Shown here one piece after another: positions 15,209-27,340 of a stretch of 64,000 nucleotides of DNA. The DNA lies in contig NC_092375.1 in assembly GCF_030028105.1 (NCBI RefSeq), forward strand, positions 37,175,130 to 37,239,129, given 5' to 3'. The stretch comes from Mobula birostris. Its lineage: Eukaryota. Each line of letters opens with the position of its first letter. Positions within the stretch are counted from its first letter, which is position 1. Under the pieces are notes generated by a model. The model was not told where the DNA came from, made no database searches, and saw only the letters and a program-made list of their open reading frames with translations. Made by a program: the position numbers and the translations under genes.

Positions 15209-16805
15209 CCATAAGGCCATAAAATTTAGGAGCAGAATTAGGCTATTTGGCGCATTGCGTCTGTTCTGCCATTTCATCACAGCTGATCCAATTTTCCTCC
15301 AAGCCCCAGTCCCCTGCCTTCTCCCCATATCCCTTCATGCCCTGACCAATCATGAATCATCAACCTCAGCCTTAAATACACATAAAGGCTTGGCCTCCAC
15401 AGCTGCCTGTGGCAAAGAATTCCACAGATTCACCACTGTCTAGCTAAAGAAATTCCTCCTCATCTCCGTTCTGAAAGATCGCCCCCTCTATTCTTAAACT
15501 CTCCCACTATAGGAAACATCCTCTCCACAGCCACTCTATCAAGGCCTTTTCACCATTCGATAGGTTTCAATGAGGTCACCCCTCATTCTTCGGAATTCTA
15601 CTGAGTACAAGCCCAGAGCCATCAAATACTCTTTATATGACAAGCCATTCAATCCTGGAATTGTTTTTGAGAACCTCCTTGTAACTGTCTCCAGTTTCAG
15701 CACATCCTTTCTAAGATGAGGGGCCCGAACCTACTCACAACACTCCAAGTGAGGCTTCACCAGTGCTTTATAAAGTCTCAACATTCTAGTCCTCTTAAAA
15801 TGAATGCTAACATTGCATTCACCTTCCTCACCACAGACTCAATGTGCAAATTAACCTTTGGGGAATCCTGCACCTCAGATTTTTGTATTTTTTTCTCCAT
15901 TTTGAAAATAGTCAACCCTTTAATTTCTTCCACAAAAGTGCACAACCATACACTTCCTAACACTGCATTCCATCTCACCCATTCCTTACCCATTCTCCTA
16001 ATCTGTCTAAGTCCTGCTCTAGCCTCTCTACTTCCTCAAACCACCTGTCTTCATAATTGTCTGCAAACTTTGCAACAAAGCCATCGATTCCATGATCCAA
16101 ATCATTTACATATAATGTGAAAAGAATCAATCCCAACACGGACCCCATGGAACAGCACAAGTCACAGGCAGCCAGTCAGAATAGGCTCCCTTTATTCCCA
16201 CCCTTTGCCTACTGCCAATCAGCCACTGCTTTATCCATGCTAGAATCTTTCCTATAACACCATAGGCTCATAGCTTGTTAAGCAGCCTCATGTGGCATCT
16301 TGTCAAAGGCCTTCTGAAAATCCAAGTACACAACTTCACCTGATTCTCCTCTGTCTATCCTGCTTGTTATTTCTTCAAAGAATTCCAGAAGATTTTCCCA
16401 TGCTGAATATGACCTATGTTATCACGTACCTCCAAATACCCCAAGAACTCATCCTTAATAATCAACTTCAACATCTTCCCAGCAACTGAGGTCAGACTAA
16501 CTGGCCTATCATTTCCTTTCTTCTGCCTCTCTCCCTTCTTGAACAGTGGAGTGACATTTGCAATTTTCTAGTCTTAGGGAACTATTCCAGAATCTAGTGA
16601 TTCTTGCCTCCACAATCTCTTCAGCTACCTCTTTCAGAACTCTGGAGTGTACACCATCTGGTCCAGGTGACTTATCTTCCTTCAGACCTTTCCATTTCCA
16701 AACAGCCTTCTCTCTAGTTATGGAAACTTCATACACTTCATGCCCCCTGACACCTGGAACTCCCACCATACTGCTAGTGTCTATCACAGTGAAGACTGAT
16801 GCAAA
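15209..16805 (-). mobile_element. CR1 LINE, 5'-truncated and internally deleted
   Basis: KSPGPDGVHSRVLKEVAEEI, GSVLGLILFTLYVNDLD, FVAKFADN, KVNAMLAFILRGLE; CR1-type 3' end (ccataagg...ggagcagaattaggc). Confidence 0.88.
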
Positions 16806-17351
16806 GGAGTCTTGGACTATAAATCCAAATGGGAAATCAAATCACACTATGGCACTGGGACAATTGAAGTTTTGTTAGTTAAATAAATTTGGGACCAAGG
16901 AAACAAGGTATTGAAGCTTTAGGTCATTACCTCTCAAACACAAAGAACAGCTCGTGGTGAATTACAAGAATGAATAATAATCTGAATACAATAGCTATTC
17001 AAAAGAACTTGTATGTGAAATTTCATCTTTTGATCATGAACAATCTCTTCATCGATAGAAAGATTTCTCAAAGAAATATGGAAAATCATACACTTCAAAA
17101 GGTACTGTAAATTATTCTTATTTTAAATAGGAAACTCAAATTTGTAACCTTTGAATTAGGCACTTGTGGACCCCAAGGTCAAGTTTCCCATGCTTGTTGA
17201 ACTAATGAATGTTACAGTTGATGCTTGAACACTTGGCAGAGTTCAAATTCATCGTTAAGTCTAGAAAAAAAGAAAGAAACAATTAGCACATAATGTGCTA
17301 AAACTGAAATTCAAGATGGACTTAAAGAAACACATAAATAATTTAATTTTG

Positions 17352-17750
17352 ATTATTTTAAATCAATCAGTAGCCCCACATTCACTTTGGGCAGATGGGG
17401 CTCGTCAGCCGTGGTTGGCATCTCATCTAGAAGGAAAACTGATCTCACTCAAACCTCTGCTGCCACTCTTGGGGAAAGCTTCGAGAGTAAACCCCAAGGG
17501 AAGAATCCGGAGCTGGAGTCCCTAAGGCAGTCCTACATTGAGTTCAATGTTGACTGGCAACTCCCACGATGCTGCTGGTGCCAAACTGTATCGGTCCCTG
17601 CCGTTCCTTTGGGTCCGTCAGATGGGGGAGGGGGGGGGGTGCTTGCTACATGGGCAACAGCTTGCTCTCCATATCATACTGCCCTGGCTTGCGTATCCAG
17701 ACAGCGAGGAAGCAATATCCATGGTAGGCTCTGACCAATGGAGGCCTCAT
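17352..17750 (+). mobile_element. Non-autonomous element resembling an RTE 5' UTR
   Basis: GC-richer block resembling repeats I recall from ray genomes; no coding motif. Confidence 0.35.
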
Positions 17751-19422
17751 GAACCTCAATTCAATCATTTAACAATTAGCTATCAAATCCAGTAAGTACC
17801 AAACAATCACTTAAATACTTTTCTTTTAAATGCTAATTGTGCCCGGTGCTTTTACTGTTTTCATTTAATACAGGCAACTTTTCTCATTTTACTTATAACC
17901 TGCCACTTTTTAGAGTAAATTTTGCGGGGTTTCTCACCAACATATTTTTAAATAACATTTATAATTTTTTTAAGTAGCTGTGTATGCTTTATTTAACTCT
18001 TGCATACCCTTCAATTGCCTTTTGGTTCTTTGACCACTGACATAAACTCAGGGGAATTCTACCTATCAGGAAGAATTCTACCCAAGTTCAGGGGAATTCT
18101 ACCTACCGGATGTGGGAGGAAACTGGAGCTGAGAGGCCAGCAATGAGCCTGGGTCTCTGGAGCCTGTGGGAATTCTTCATTAACAGGTGACCCCTGCATT
18201 ACAGCCGTTCGGGTAACAAAATTCGCCTTCACAGAATTCAAAAAATAACAACCCAAGTGTTTGAGATACAGAATAAAGTTCTTGCTCAGAACTTGTGTGA
18301 AAAAGGTATATAAATCAACATAACTTTTTTGTTCAACCCACATTTCTTAACATAGGTGCAGATGACATGGGTTTTAGATGAGGAAAATCATGGCTCATAC
18401 TGCGGGGACCTGTAGGGGACAGACATGGGAATGAGGTGGGCAGTGTGCTCTGTCTGGTAAAAATTTTCATAGGTTTTTCCTAGTTTACTCAATTTCCCAC
18501 TGCAATAAAACTCAACCACCAAATGTATCCATTCTATGAGTTATCATTTATACCTTGTATTTGATCACAACTGTTTTTCCAGTTCAGTTTTAAAAGTGTT
18601 ATTCAGCATGGTAAGTTTATTAGTGTTGGAGAATATGGCCTTGTAATACTCACCTCACGCAGCTTCATTACATCAATCCTATTGAGTCAGCTGTTGAATT
18701 TAAGGTGCTGGGAGAACCTTATTTCCTTTGAAACTTAAACAAATATCTTCCCTTAAACAGCCAACACTTCCAAAATATAAAAAAAAACACAACTGATATA
18801 TCTGAACTCTGCCTACACTTCTTGCTGCCTCAGTAAAGCAGCCAACATAATCAAACACCCAACCAACCCCGGACATTCTATCTCCCCAGTCCCATAAGAC
18901 ACACAAGCCTGAACACACCTACCATAAGCTTAAGGACAGCTTCCATATGATAGCCTCTTGCCCTCACAATACCTTACGACTCAGCACCTCATTGCCTATC
19001 TCCACTGCTCTTTCTCTGCAACTGTAACACTTTATCCTGCACTCTGTTATTGTTTTACCCTATACTATACAGTACCTCAATGCTCTGTTATAATGAATTG
19101 ATCTGTATGAACAGAATGCAGGGCAAGTTAATCACGGTATCTGGGTACATGTGTCAATAATAAAACAAATTTCCAATTTAACTTAATTGAGAGTACATAC
19201 TTTTTGTTTTGAAGTACAGAGTAAGTCCTGTTATCACAATCAACGTTGCCACAGCTAAGGCAGCGACTCTTGTTTCTATTGCGCATGTAATATTCTCATT
19301 ATCTGTAAAATTATTGATAAGGCTTTAGATGATTATCCACCGATCAGCAGACATTGATAAAAACATTGTTCCATTATCTGCACATAGCTTTAAATGAACG
19401 ATTTTTGGTTTTATATATATAA

Positions 19423-20725
19423 TATCAGTAATCATCAGTCTTCCTAAGAAACCTGGAGCAATAGAATGTTAATTACATAGGACCATAAGTTTAATGAGTC
19501 ATATCACCAAGATACTTCTAAGAATTTTGATGACAAGAGCTAAAAGTAAGATACAAGCTGAAATAGGTAAAGAACAATGTGGTTTTGTGAAAGACAAAGG
19601 TACAAGAAACGCAATATTGATGTTAAGGATACTATCAGAACAAGCTATTCAAGTGCAAAAAGCATTTGATAAAGTGAAGCACAATAAGTTATTTGAAAAA
19701 TTACAGAAAACTCTAGATCTAGATTCGAAAGACCTCCGCCTAATCAGAAATCTGTACTGGGAACAAACTGTTGCTGTAAGAATAGATGGAAAAGTGAGTC
19801 AGTTCACGAAAATCAAGAAAGGCGTTAGACAAGGGTGTGTTTTCTCCCCTGATTTATTTAATGTGTACAGTGAAACAATATTACAAAAAATAGGAGACAT
19901 CTTGGGAATCAAAGTTGGCGGTGAAAACATCAATAATTTCAGATATGCAGATGACACTGTGTTAATTGCAAGTACGGAGGAAGAACTACAAAACTTAATT
20001 GATATAGTTGTTGAAGAAAGTGCAAAAATGGGTCTATCTATCAATTGCAAAAAGACAATGTATGGTGATATCCAAAAAGAAGGAGAATCCTATCTGCAGG
20101 CTGAAAATAAACGGGGAAGACATAAAACAAGTAAAGAACTTTTGCTACTTAGGAAGCTGGGTGATCAGATGGCAGATGCGACACGGACATCAAAAGAAGA
20201 ATAAGGATGGCAAAAGGCACCTTTACGAGAATGAAGAGTATGCTGACCAATACTAAACTAGGCATGACAACCCACCTCAGAGTACTGAAATGTTACGTTA
20301 ATCCAGTTATGTTATATGGATCAAAATGTTGGACAATATCTAGTAACATGAGGAAACAAATTGAAGGGGCAGAGATGTGGTTTTTGAGGAGGGTGCAAAG
20401 AATATCATGGAATGAATATCTAATGAGGATGTTATGAACAGAGCAAGCACAAAAGAGAAATAATGTATGAGATCATGAAACAGCAACGTAACTTCATTGG
20501 ACATGTGATTAGGAAAGAGGAGTTAGAATGCATGGTAATTATGGGAAAGATTGAAGGGAAGAAAGCAAAAGGAAGGCAAAGACAGATGATGATGGAGACA
20601 GCAGCCAGAGAACTGGAAACGAATACCAATGAATTGATCCACTTGACCCAAAACGGGAGTGTGTGGGCCATGGCAGTCAAAGCTCAAACTGGGCGGGCAC
20701 GGCACTTGATGATGATGATGATGAT
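19423..20725 (+). mobile_element. RTE-clade (BovB-like) LINE, 5'-truncated
   Basis: RT motifs EQCGFVKDKGTRNAI, GVRQGCVFSPDLFNVYSE, INNFRYADDTVLIA; ends in a (GAT)6 tail at 20708-20725. Confidence 0.9.
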
Positions 20726-20934
20726 ATCTGGCGGCAGCGATTCTGAATACAATTAAGCTTTGTTTTATTTAATCAGTAAAGCTTCTAGTTGCCGTTATTT
20801 TTTTTGCAACTGTTGAACTTTCATGGGGTTTGAGTTAAAATACACTGCCATCCTACTAAGTACGATCAAAGAGAGTGCTGCTTCGCAGTCCCTCTGTGTT
20901 CTCCAGTCTGAACACTCAGGGTACTCTCAGGCTG

Positions 20935-21400
20935 CAGGCTGTTGTGCCGGGAAGCCGGCGCAGACTCCTGCCATACGCGGATAGCCCCGCGGTTCTGTGC
21001 GGCGATGCTGCGCGGGAAGGGACGCCTTGAGCCCAAGCCGAGTGGCTACTCAGACGGGGGAGGTAAACCTTGCGCCCGCCGGCACAGTGAGTGTGAGCGT
21101 TACTGGGAATCCCTGTTCCTTACATTGACACAGGCCACCTGGATCCCCTTACAAATGCGTGGATCCAGAACGGCAACGGAACAGTACGAGCCACGGTACA
21201 AGCTGGGCAATGACTCGAGACCAAAAAAAAACATGCTCATTCCAAAGGTCGCGGAAAAAGAGCGAGCCCTCCGCGAAGAAGAGGCTCAATCAACTCGTGC
21301 GGGATCAATTGGCCGCATGCGCACTCGCCACATTCTCGCAATCAATCGGATACGGTTCACGTCCTACTGCCATTTCTCTCAGTAGTGCAATGGATTTCTG
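20935..21400. promoter_or_regulatory. CpG-rich island, candidate housekeeping-type promoter
   Basis: Abrupt CpG enrichment in otherwise CpG-poor DNA. NRF1-like GCATGCGCA at 21315-21323 next to ATTGG (CCAAT on minus) at 21308-21312. Confidence 0.55.
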
Positions 21401-22452
21401 GGAAGCTGCTCTCTCCCGTTACTCTGTGCTGGGGGGAGCTAGACGGCCAAACAAGGAGGGAGACGGCAGCATCTGTCACACCTAACCAGTGATGACAGAC
21501 ACTGTAAGTTCTGGGAACACATGATCAGGTACTGCCCGTTCCCATAGCGTTGGCCTGTACCTACTCTGCCGGCCAGGGTCCACTCCTGCACCCCCAGATC
21601 TCAGTCTGATCAGATGCACCAGTCTCCCTAGCCTGCCAGCAGCAGTACTCACAGGCGGGCTCTCCACACCCAACTGGTGGGGACTCGTCAATGAAGGTTA
21701 GAGGTTCACGCCAGTTCCCTGGTACCCAGATTCCTACACGGCATCCCAAGGCATGTCGCTCATCTCCGTAAATAGTACTTTTAGTGATGATTCTATCCAT
21801 GTTCTCGGGAATGCATCCTGAGCAGTGAGATGCTGGAATACACAATCGGATGTGCAAGAGAATCTCTTGCTCTTTCAAGCAAGTGCTTTCAATATCCGTA
21901 GCGTCTTCTGGCTCAACATTAAAACTGCCACTTGCATTTACACTGTAAATGGTGTCAGTGGAACGCTGGAGATGGTGCAGGGATCGTGCTTAAAGCACAG
22001 AGGGGAGATCTACCTGACATTTTGGTCACCGAATGAGAAGAAATAAGGGATAAAAAACAGGAATAGATGCAATTGCAAATTGAAATCAATGAATGAAAAT
22101 AAATATTCGTGGGCATAGAGAGAAAAAAAGAAATGCTTGTTCCTGTCTGCATCAAACAACAGTGACTTGGTGCTCATGCAAAATGGAGGGGATTTTGACC
22201 ATATAGATTGAAAAACAATCCTCTAGCGAGATTCAAGAGGCAGTTCAAATCATACGGGGGGGGGGGGAGGGGGGCGTGTCCTGAAATAGCAGCAGAGTGG
22301 GCGAGAGAGTGATACCCATTTACTGGATAGAAGCTGCTTGCCGAAATATTTTTTGCTAGTCACAACTGTTTTCAATCTAAATCAAAGTTGAGTTTATTGT
22401 CATTTGCACCTCCTTGGTGTATTCAATAATAACAATACAACATTATTCTTAC

Positions 22453-22758
22453 CTCCAAGTTGGACAGAAATGTATTGGACAATAGGTTTAGAGAGCCTTG
22501 AGTGGTTCACCTGACAGGAATAATTCCCACCATCACTCCAGTCAGATACAGACAGATTCAGGAAGCTTGCCATGGAGAACGAGCCGTCGCTATTAGAATA
22601 GAGGGGCCCATCCTCTGTCCCGTTGGTGATCAACTGCCCATCTCTAAACCAGGACACTTGAATGTTGCCCGGGTAGAACTCCACTGATGTGCAGTTGAGC
22701 TGTACGCTAGCGTTAGGGGCAGGCAGGGGCTCAGCTTTCAGGTAAACCCTTGGGAAAG
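22453..22758 (-). CDS. IgSF V-C1 gene, exon 3: C1-set domain
   Basis: Acceptor tttgtttttcag|CT, donor GGAG|GTAAGA, 306 nt, phase 1-1. C1 hallmarks: LNC, FYPGNIQVSWFRDG, NSDGSFSMASFLNL, YSCQVNHSRL. Confidence 0.93.
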
Positions 22759-23167
22759 CTGAAAAACAAATACAAAAATTAATTCCATTGTCCACGCTAC
22801 CTTGCATCGTTTCCCAGTGTTGCTTCAGTGAAGTTTACAAAATGCTCTGCAGTGAGATCATTATTCCAAATCCAACTTCAGAAAAAAGCAGAAAATATTG
22901 GAAATGTCCATAAGGTGAGTGAGCTCCAGTGAAGGAGGAAGGGACGAGAATCAATTGCTCAAGGGTAAATTGGGTACACTCACCAAGCACATTTCTAAAA
23001 GCTTCAGATTCATATTCTGTGCCCTGAAGATGGATTTTGCTGGCCAGGATTGCCCAGGGTCTGGCAGCAAGCCAACAATGATGACAGAACCTCTAGCAAC
23101 ATAACTGATGGATTTGGGCAGGCCTGTCCAGGAAATATTTGACAAACACAGTAGTACAACTAGTAAG

Positions 23168-23437
23168 CAACACACATCAAAGTTGCTGGTGAACGCAGCA
23201 GGCCAGACAGCATCTCTAGGAAGAGGTACAGTTGACGTTTCAGGCCGAGACCCTTTGTCAGGACTAACTGAAGGAAGAGTTAGTAAGAGATCTGTTAGTC
23301 CTGACGAAGGGTCTCGGCCTGAACCGTTAACTGTACCTCTTCCTAGAGATGCTGCCTGGCCTGCTGCGTTCACCAGCAACTTTGATGTGTGTTGCTTGAA
23401 TTTCCAGCATCTGCAGTATTCCTGTTGTTTGCGTTTT
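23168..23437. mobile_element. Penelope terminal fragment with inverted 5' copy (fold-back), in the V-C1 intron
   Basis: About 101-bp inverted arms (23168-23268 / 23294-23394) matching the Penelope ends at 35.3 and 62.2 kb, flanked by a 16-bp direct repeat TAGTACAACTAGTAAG (23152-23167, 23438-23453). Confidence 0.9.
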
Positions 23438-24827
23438 TAGTACAACTAGTAAGTCCACTGACTGACACGCTAGAGAACAAGTTTCAATCCTGATCTTGGG
23501 TGCTGTTTGGGTGTGAAGTTTGCACATTCTCCCCGTGAACACATGGATTTCTTCCAGGTGCTTTGGTTTCCTCCCACATTCAAAGCTCATGGTTCTGTAC
23601 ATTAATTAGCTACTGTAAATTGCCCTAATATATACAGTAGGTGAGAGAATCTGAGGGAAACTGAAGAAAATTTGCAGAGAATAAAAACGGAATTACTAAA
23701 GAATTAGAATAAAAGGGTGGGGTCAGCATGGACTCAATGGGCTGAAGGGCCTGCTTTCGGGCTGTATCTTTCCACAATTCTTTGACTCCTTTAACTCTGG
23801 CTTTTGCTGAGAGTTCCAATCCTCAACATTCAAAATCAGTTTTACAATTATTGAAATAAATAATTTGTCACAAAACTGTACGCATTATTTTAAATAATAC
23901 TTTAAACACATAAAGTAATTAAAGCATATAAGTTATGCAACTTACTTACTTACTTTTCTCTTCCCTTCCTTACTTTGCAGTCATGCTGAGTTTCAATAGG
24001 TGAGCAGATTCCATAATGTAAGCGCCATGGGATCTCAGCAAGCTTTTACTCTGCTATTGAACCCTGTGGGGAGCTGGGCTGCTGGGGACAGCTGAAAAGG
24101 TTTAGCAGCATTCAGCTAACAAGTTCATGACTCCAGGGACCCTAAACCTTACAGCCGTTAATGAATGGATGAGTGAGTAACTGGCAAAACCTTGCAATAT
24201 GGGCTAATGTAACCAGACGCTTGTTTGTCTAGTGTATTATGCAGTGAAAAGTAAGAAATTCATCTGGTATCCATTTGTCCCTCAGCTATGAAAAACTCAT
24301 TAACTAGCCCTCTATGCACTGTCATTGTGGGATCTTGCTTCATTTAATCTAATTGCTGCGATATCCTATACACAACAGAGATCACACTTCAACAGATGAT
24401 CCAAAGGATGAGAAGCACAAATGGGCACTTATACTCACAAGTCATTCTGATCACAAATCAAACTCACTGATTTAGCTGACTGAAAGAAAATTGTGGACAG
24501 ACTTTGACCCTGTGAGAAGTTTGGTGAAGCCGGGCATGAAGATTGCCAACTTGTTACCCTGGTGCATTTGGAGATTTGACTCTTGTGCTGGTTTCTCTGT
24601 ACATGAACAACCTGCCATCTCTGGGAGACAGGAATATTGGGCAACCTCTTGGCCAAGGAAAAGTGGGGCAATCATAGAGCAAAATGGATGGGGATCAGGT
24701 CTGGCTGATCCCGGAGGAGCAACTACCAGTGCTACAAAGAGGAGCATCAAATCACCTGTCCTTATTGTTACTCCTTTCAAATGTTTGTGTTACCTTGTTC
24801 TATGGGCTGTTAATCAGATAAACTCAC

Positions 24828-25193
24828 CTTCCACTGTTAAGTTGGTGCCTTTTCCCTCTACGCCTTGTACCGGAGGGGGTATTTGAAAGTAAACCCGGCA
24901 GAAGTAAATGTCAGAATCACTCAACTGAAGATTGTAGATTGTTAATATAAACAAATTCATTGAGGTGTCCAGATTAATGTTGGTACGTTGTATACAATGG
25001 CATTGAGTATAATTTATCATATTTCTATTGAAAATATAATCACAAAGCTTCTGTGCAGAGTTATTTCTTCGCCATTCAATCAACAATTGCTCATAGTTTT
25101 CATGGCTGTAGGAACAATTTATTTTCACTGTCTGTCCTTTCAGTGCGTTTATCATGAACGGTGTCTGGGAAACCATCAGATCTTGATATTTTC
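24828..25193 (-). CDS. IgSF V-C1 gene, exon 2: V-set domain with built-in J-like segment (CD28/TMIGD2/NKp30-like)
   Basis: Acceptor tttatctctgtctcaag|GA, donor GAAG|GTGAGT, 366 nt, phase 1-1. V-set hallmarks: QTP, VKINC, IEW, LTIYNLQLSDSDIYFC, then FQIPPPVQGVEGKGTNLTVE (GxGTxLxV). Confidence 0.93.
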
Positions 25194-25414
25194 CTTGAGA
25201 CAGAGATAAACAGAATTAATTTGTGTAGAAAGGCCAGCATTAATAATTTGTGTATTATATATTACTACATTTCAACCCACAGTGAGTTCATCTTCAGTAC
25301 AGCTCCTTGTGCTATGCCATGGTTGCACTTCAGCCCTGGGTCTAAGTGTCCCAGTGGACTGGCTGCAGCAGCTGTACAGCAAGGTGGTGTGGTGCAAGAG
25401 TATTTCTTATACCA

Positions 25415-27200
25415 AAGTAAACTTTATTCATAATATAAAGTATTTACAAGAATAAATAGTGTAATGCCTGTTCATTCTTACATTTCTAGTCAATGTGTTG
25501 AGTGGTGTTAATTTACATCTTCTTAACACCAATAGGATGGCTACCACTGATGTGGCCCTCTAGGGCGGAACTATACTACAATAATTGAGCGACTTCCTTA
25601 CCTGACCTGGGCCATCCCTGTCCAGCAGTGGAGGAACCCCACACTGTGGCCCTCCCCCACTGTAGAGGCTGCCCCAGGAAGTGTTCCTCAGCATATACTC
25701 CTGCAACCTGGAGTGTGCCTGCTGGAGGCATTCCCCCACAGACATCTCGATGTGCTGGCATACTGACAAGTTTCAGGTAGACCAAAGAGGGTCTTTTGTT
25801 GAGTTGCTGATCTTCCAGCAGCACCTGGTGTCGATCAGTAAGTGTCTCCCTGGGAACAGCCCGTAGATGAGAGCGTCCTCTGTCACACAGCTGCCCAGGA
25901 TGAACCGTGACTCAGGCCCTTGCATCTTCCTCCATACACTCTTCGCAAACCCACAGTCCACAAAGAGGCGAGCTACCTTCTCATCCCCACTAAAGCACAC
26001 AGTGAGAGCGATGCTCCAGGCATACATGAAGGGTCATTCTGGAAGGGACCCTCACTGTCAGCCGGGAAGGGTGCTGGTGCCTGTTGGTGAGGTCTAGCAT
26101 TGAGGCATTCTGTCAGATGGTCTGAGTCTCTGCTTAGGGAACCACCCCACTGAGTACTTCTGCAATGTCTGCAGGGCATTCCATTTTGGCTACTGCCTAA
26201 TTGCCTTGTAGTCAAAGGCATTGGTCTGGAAGAACTTTTCCACAAAGAACAGGTGGTGTAGCAGCATCCAGCTAACTGGGACATTGCACAGCCATGGGGC
26301 CAGACCCATCCTTCGACAGGTAGCTCTACTTGGCACCCACATACTTCGATTCCACATGTACCTGGATGCACACACACACATGAAACATAGAAACATAGAA
26401 AATAGGTGCAGGAGTAGGCCATTCGGCCCTTTGAGCCTGCACCGCCATTTATTATGATCATGGCTGATCATCCAACTCAGAACCCTGCACCAGCCTTCCC
26501 TCCATACCCCCTGATCCCCGTAGCCACAAGGGCCATATCTAACTCCCTCTTAAATATAGCCAATGAACTGGCCTCAACTGTTTCCTGTGGCAGAGAATTC
26601 CACAGATTCACCACTCTCTGTGTGAAGAAGTTTTTCCTAATCTCGGTCCTAAAAGGCTTCCCCTTTATCCTCAAACTGTGACTCCTCGTTCTGGACTTCC
26701 CCAACATTGGGAACAATCTTCCTGCATCTAGCCTGTCCAATCCCTTTAGGATTTTATATGTTTCAATGAGATCCCCCCTCAATCTTCTAAATTCCAACGA
26801 GTACAAGCCCAGTTCATCCAGTCTTTCTTCATATGAAAGTCCTGCCATCCCAGAAATCAATCTGGTGAACCTTCTTTGTACTCCCTCTATGGCAAGGATG
26901 TCTTTCCTCAGATTAGGGGAAGGTGGTGTGAGGGCAGCATTAGGTATGTCTTTGCCTCCATTGTCCATCGATGTGTGTTTCATGACCTGCCTGATTGGCT
27001 CCATCTTGGATCCCCAGGTGATTTCCAAGATGGATAAGCGGTGGATAGGTCACACCTGCGAGTCTGAGAGCACCTCACACATGATGACCAAATTCTTCCC
27101 CATTATTGAGAGGGAATGTACTCTCCACACTCTCAATTTCTGTTTTACCTTTCCAATCCACTCCAGCCAATTCTTCACCAGATCTCAGGCTTCACCCTGA
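25415..27200 (-). mobile_element. Tx1-type L1 3' fragment, interrupted by a CR1 insertion
   Basis: C-terminal ORF2 motifs (VARLFVDCGFAKSVW, DALIYGLFPG, CWKISNSTKDPLWS, AHSRLQEY) and a 3' AATAAA near 25422. Confidence 0.75.
26378..26921 (-). mobile_element. Young CR1 LINE 3' fragment
   Basis: Unbroken frame LRKDILAIEGVQRRFTRLI...LYSLEFRRLRGDLIETYKIL...RNFFTQRVVNLWNSLP and a (TTCTATGT)n-type tail. Confidence 0.92.
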
Positions 27201-27340
27201 GGACCACTGTGATTTCTTGTTGGAAGACTGCTGCTCTTAAATTTATTGAACTAGTTTTACATGTCCCTGAACAGAGGTAGGGTAACTGGCCTTGTTGCTC
27301 AGAGAGTTAATGTTTCAATAGTTATAATGCTTTTCAGTGA

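Noticed and set aside
18046-18108. Three copies of AATTCTACC with short spacers, superficially CRISPR-like
   Set aside because: Units too short and few; a simple local duplication in vertebrate DNA.
20942-21485. GC-rich plus-strand ORFs of 147 and 108 aa
   Set aside because: No recognisable domain; open frames are expected in GC-rich DNA. A gag-like reading was considered but has no LTR or pol support.
25270-25320. CACAGTG heptamer in the leader-V intron, a possible RSS
   Set aside because: No ACAAAAACC-like nonamer at 12 or 23 bp spacing, wrong position, and V and J are already joined.
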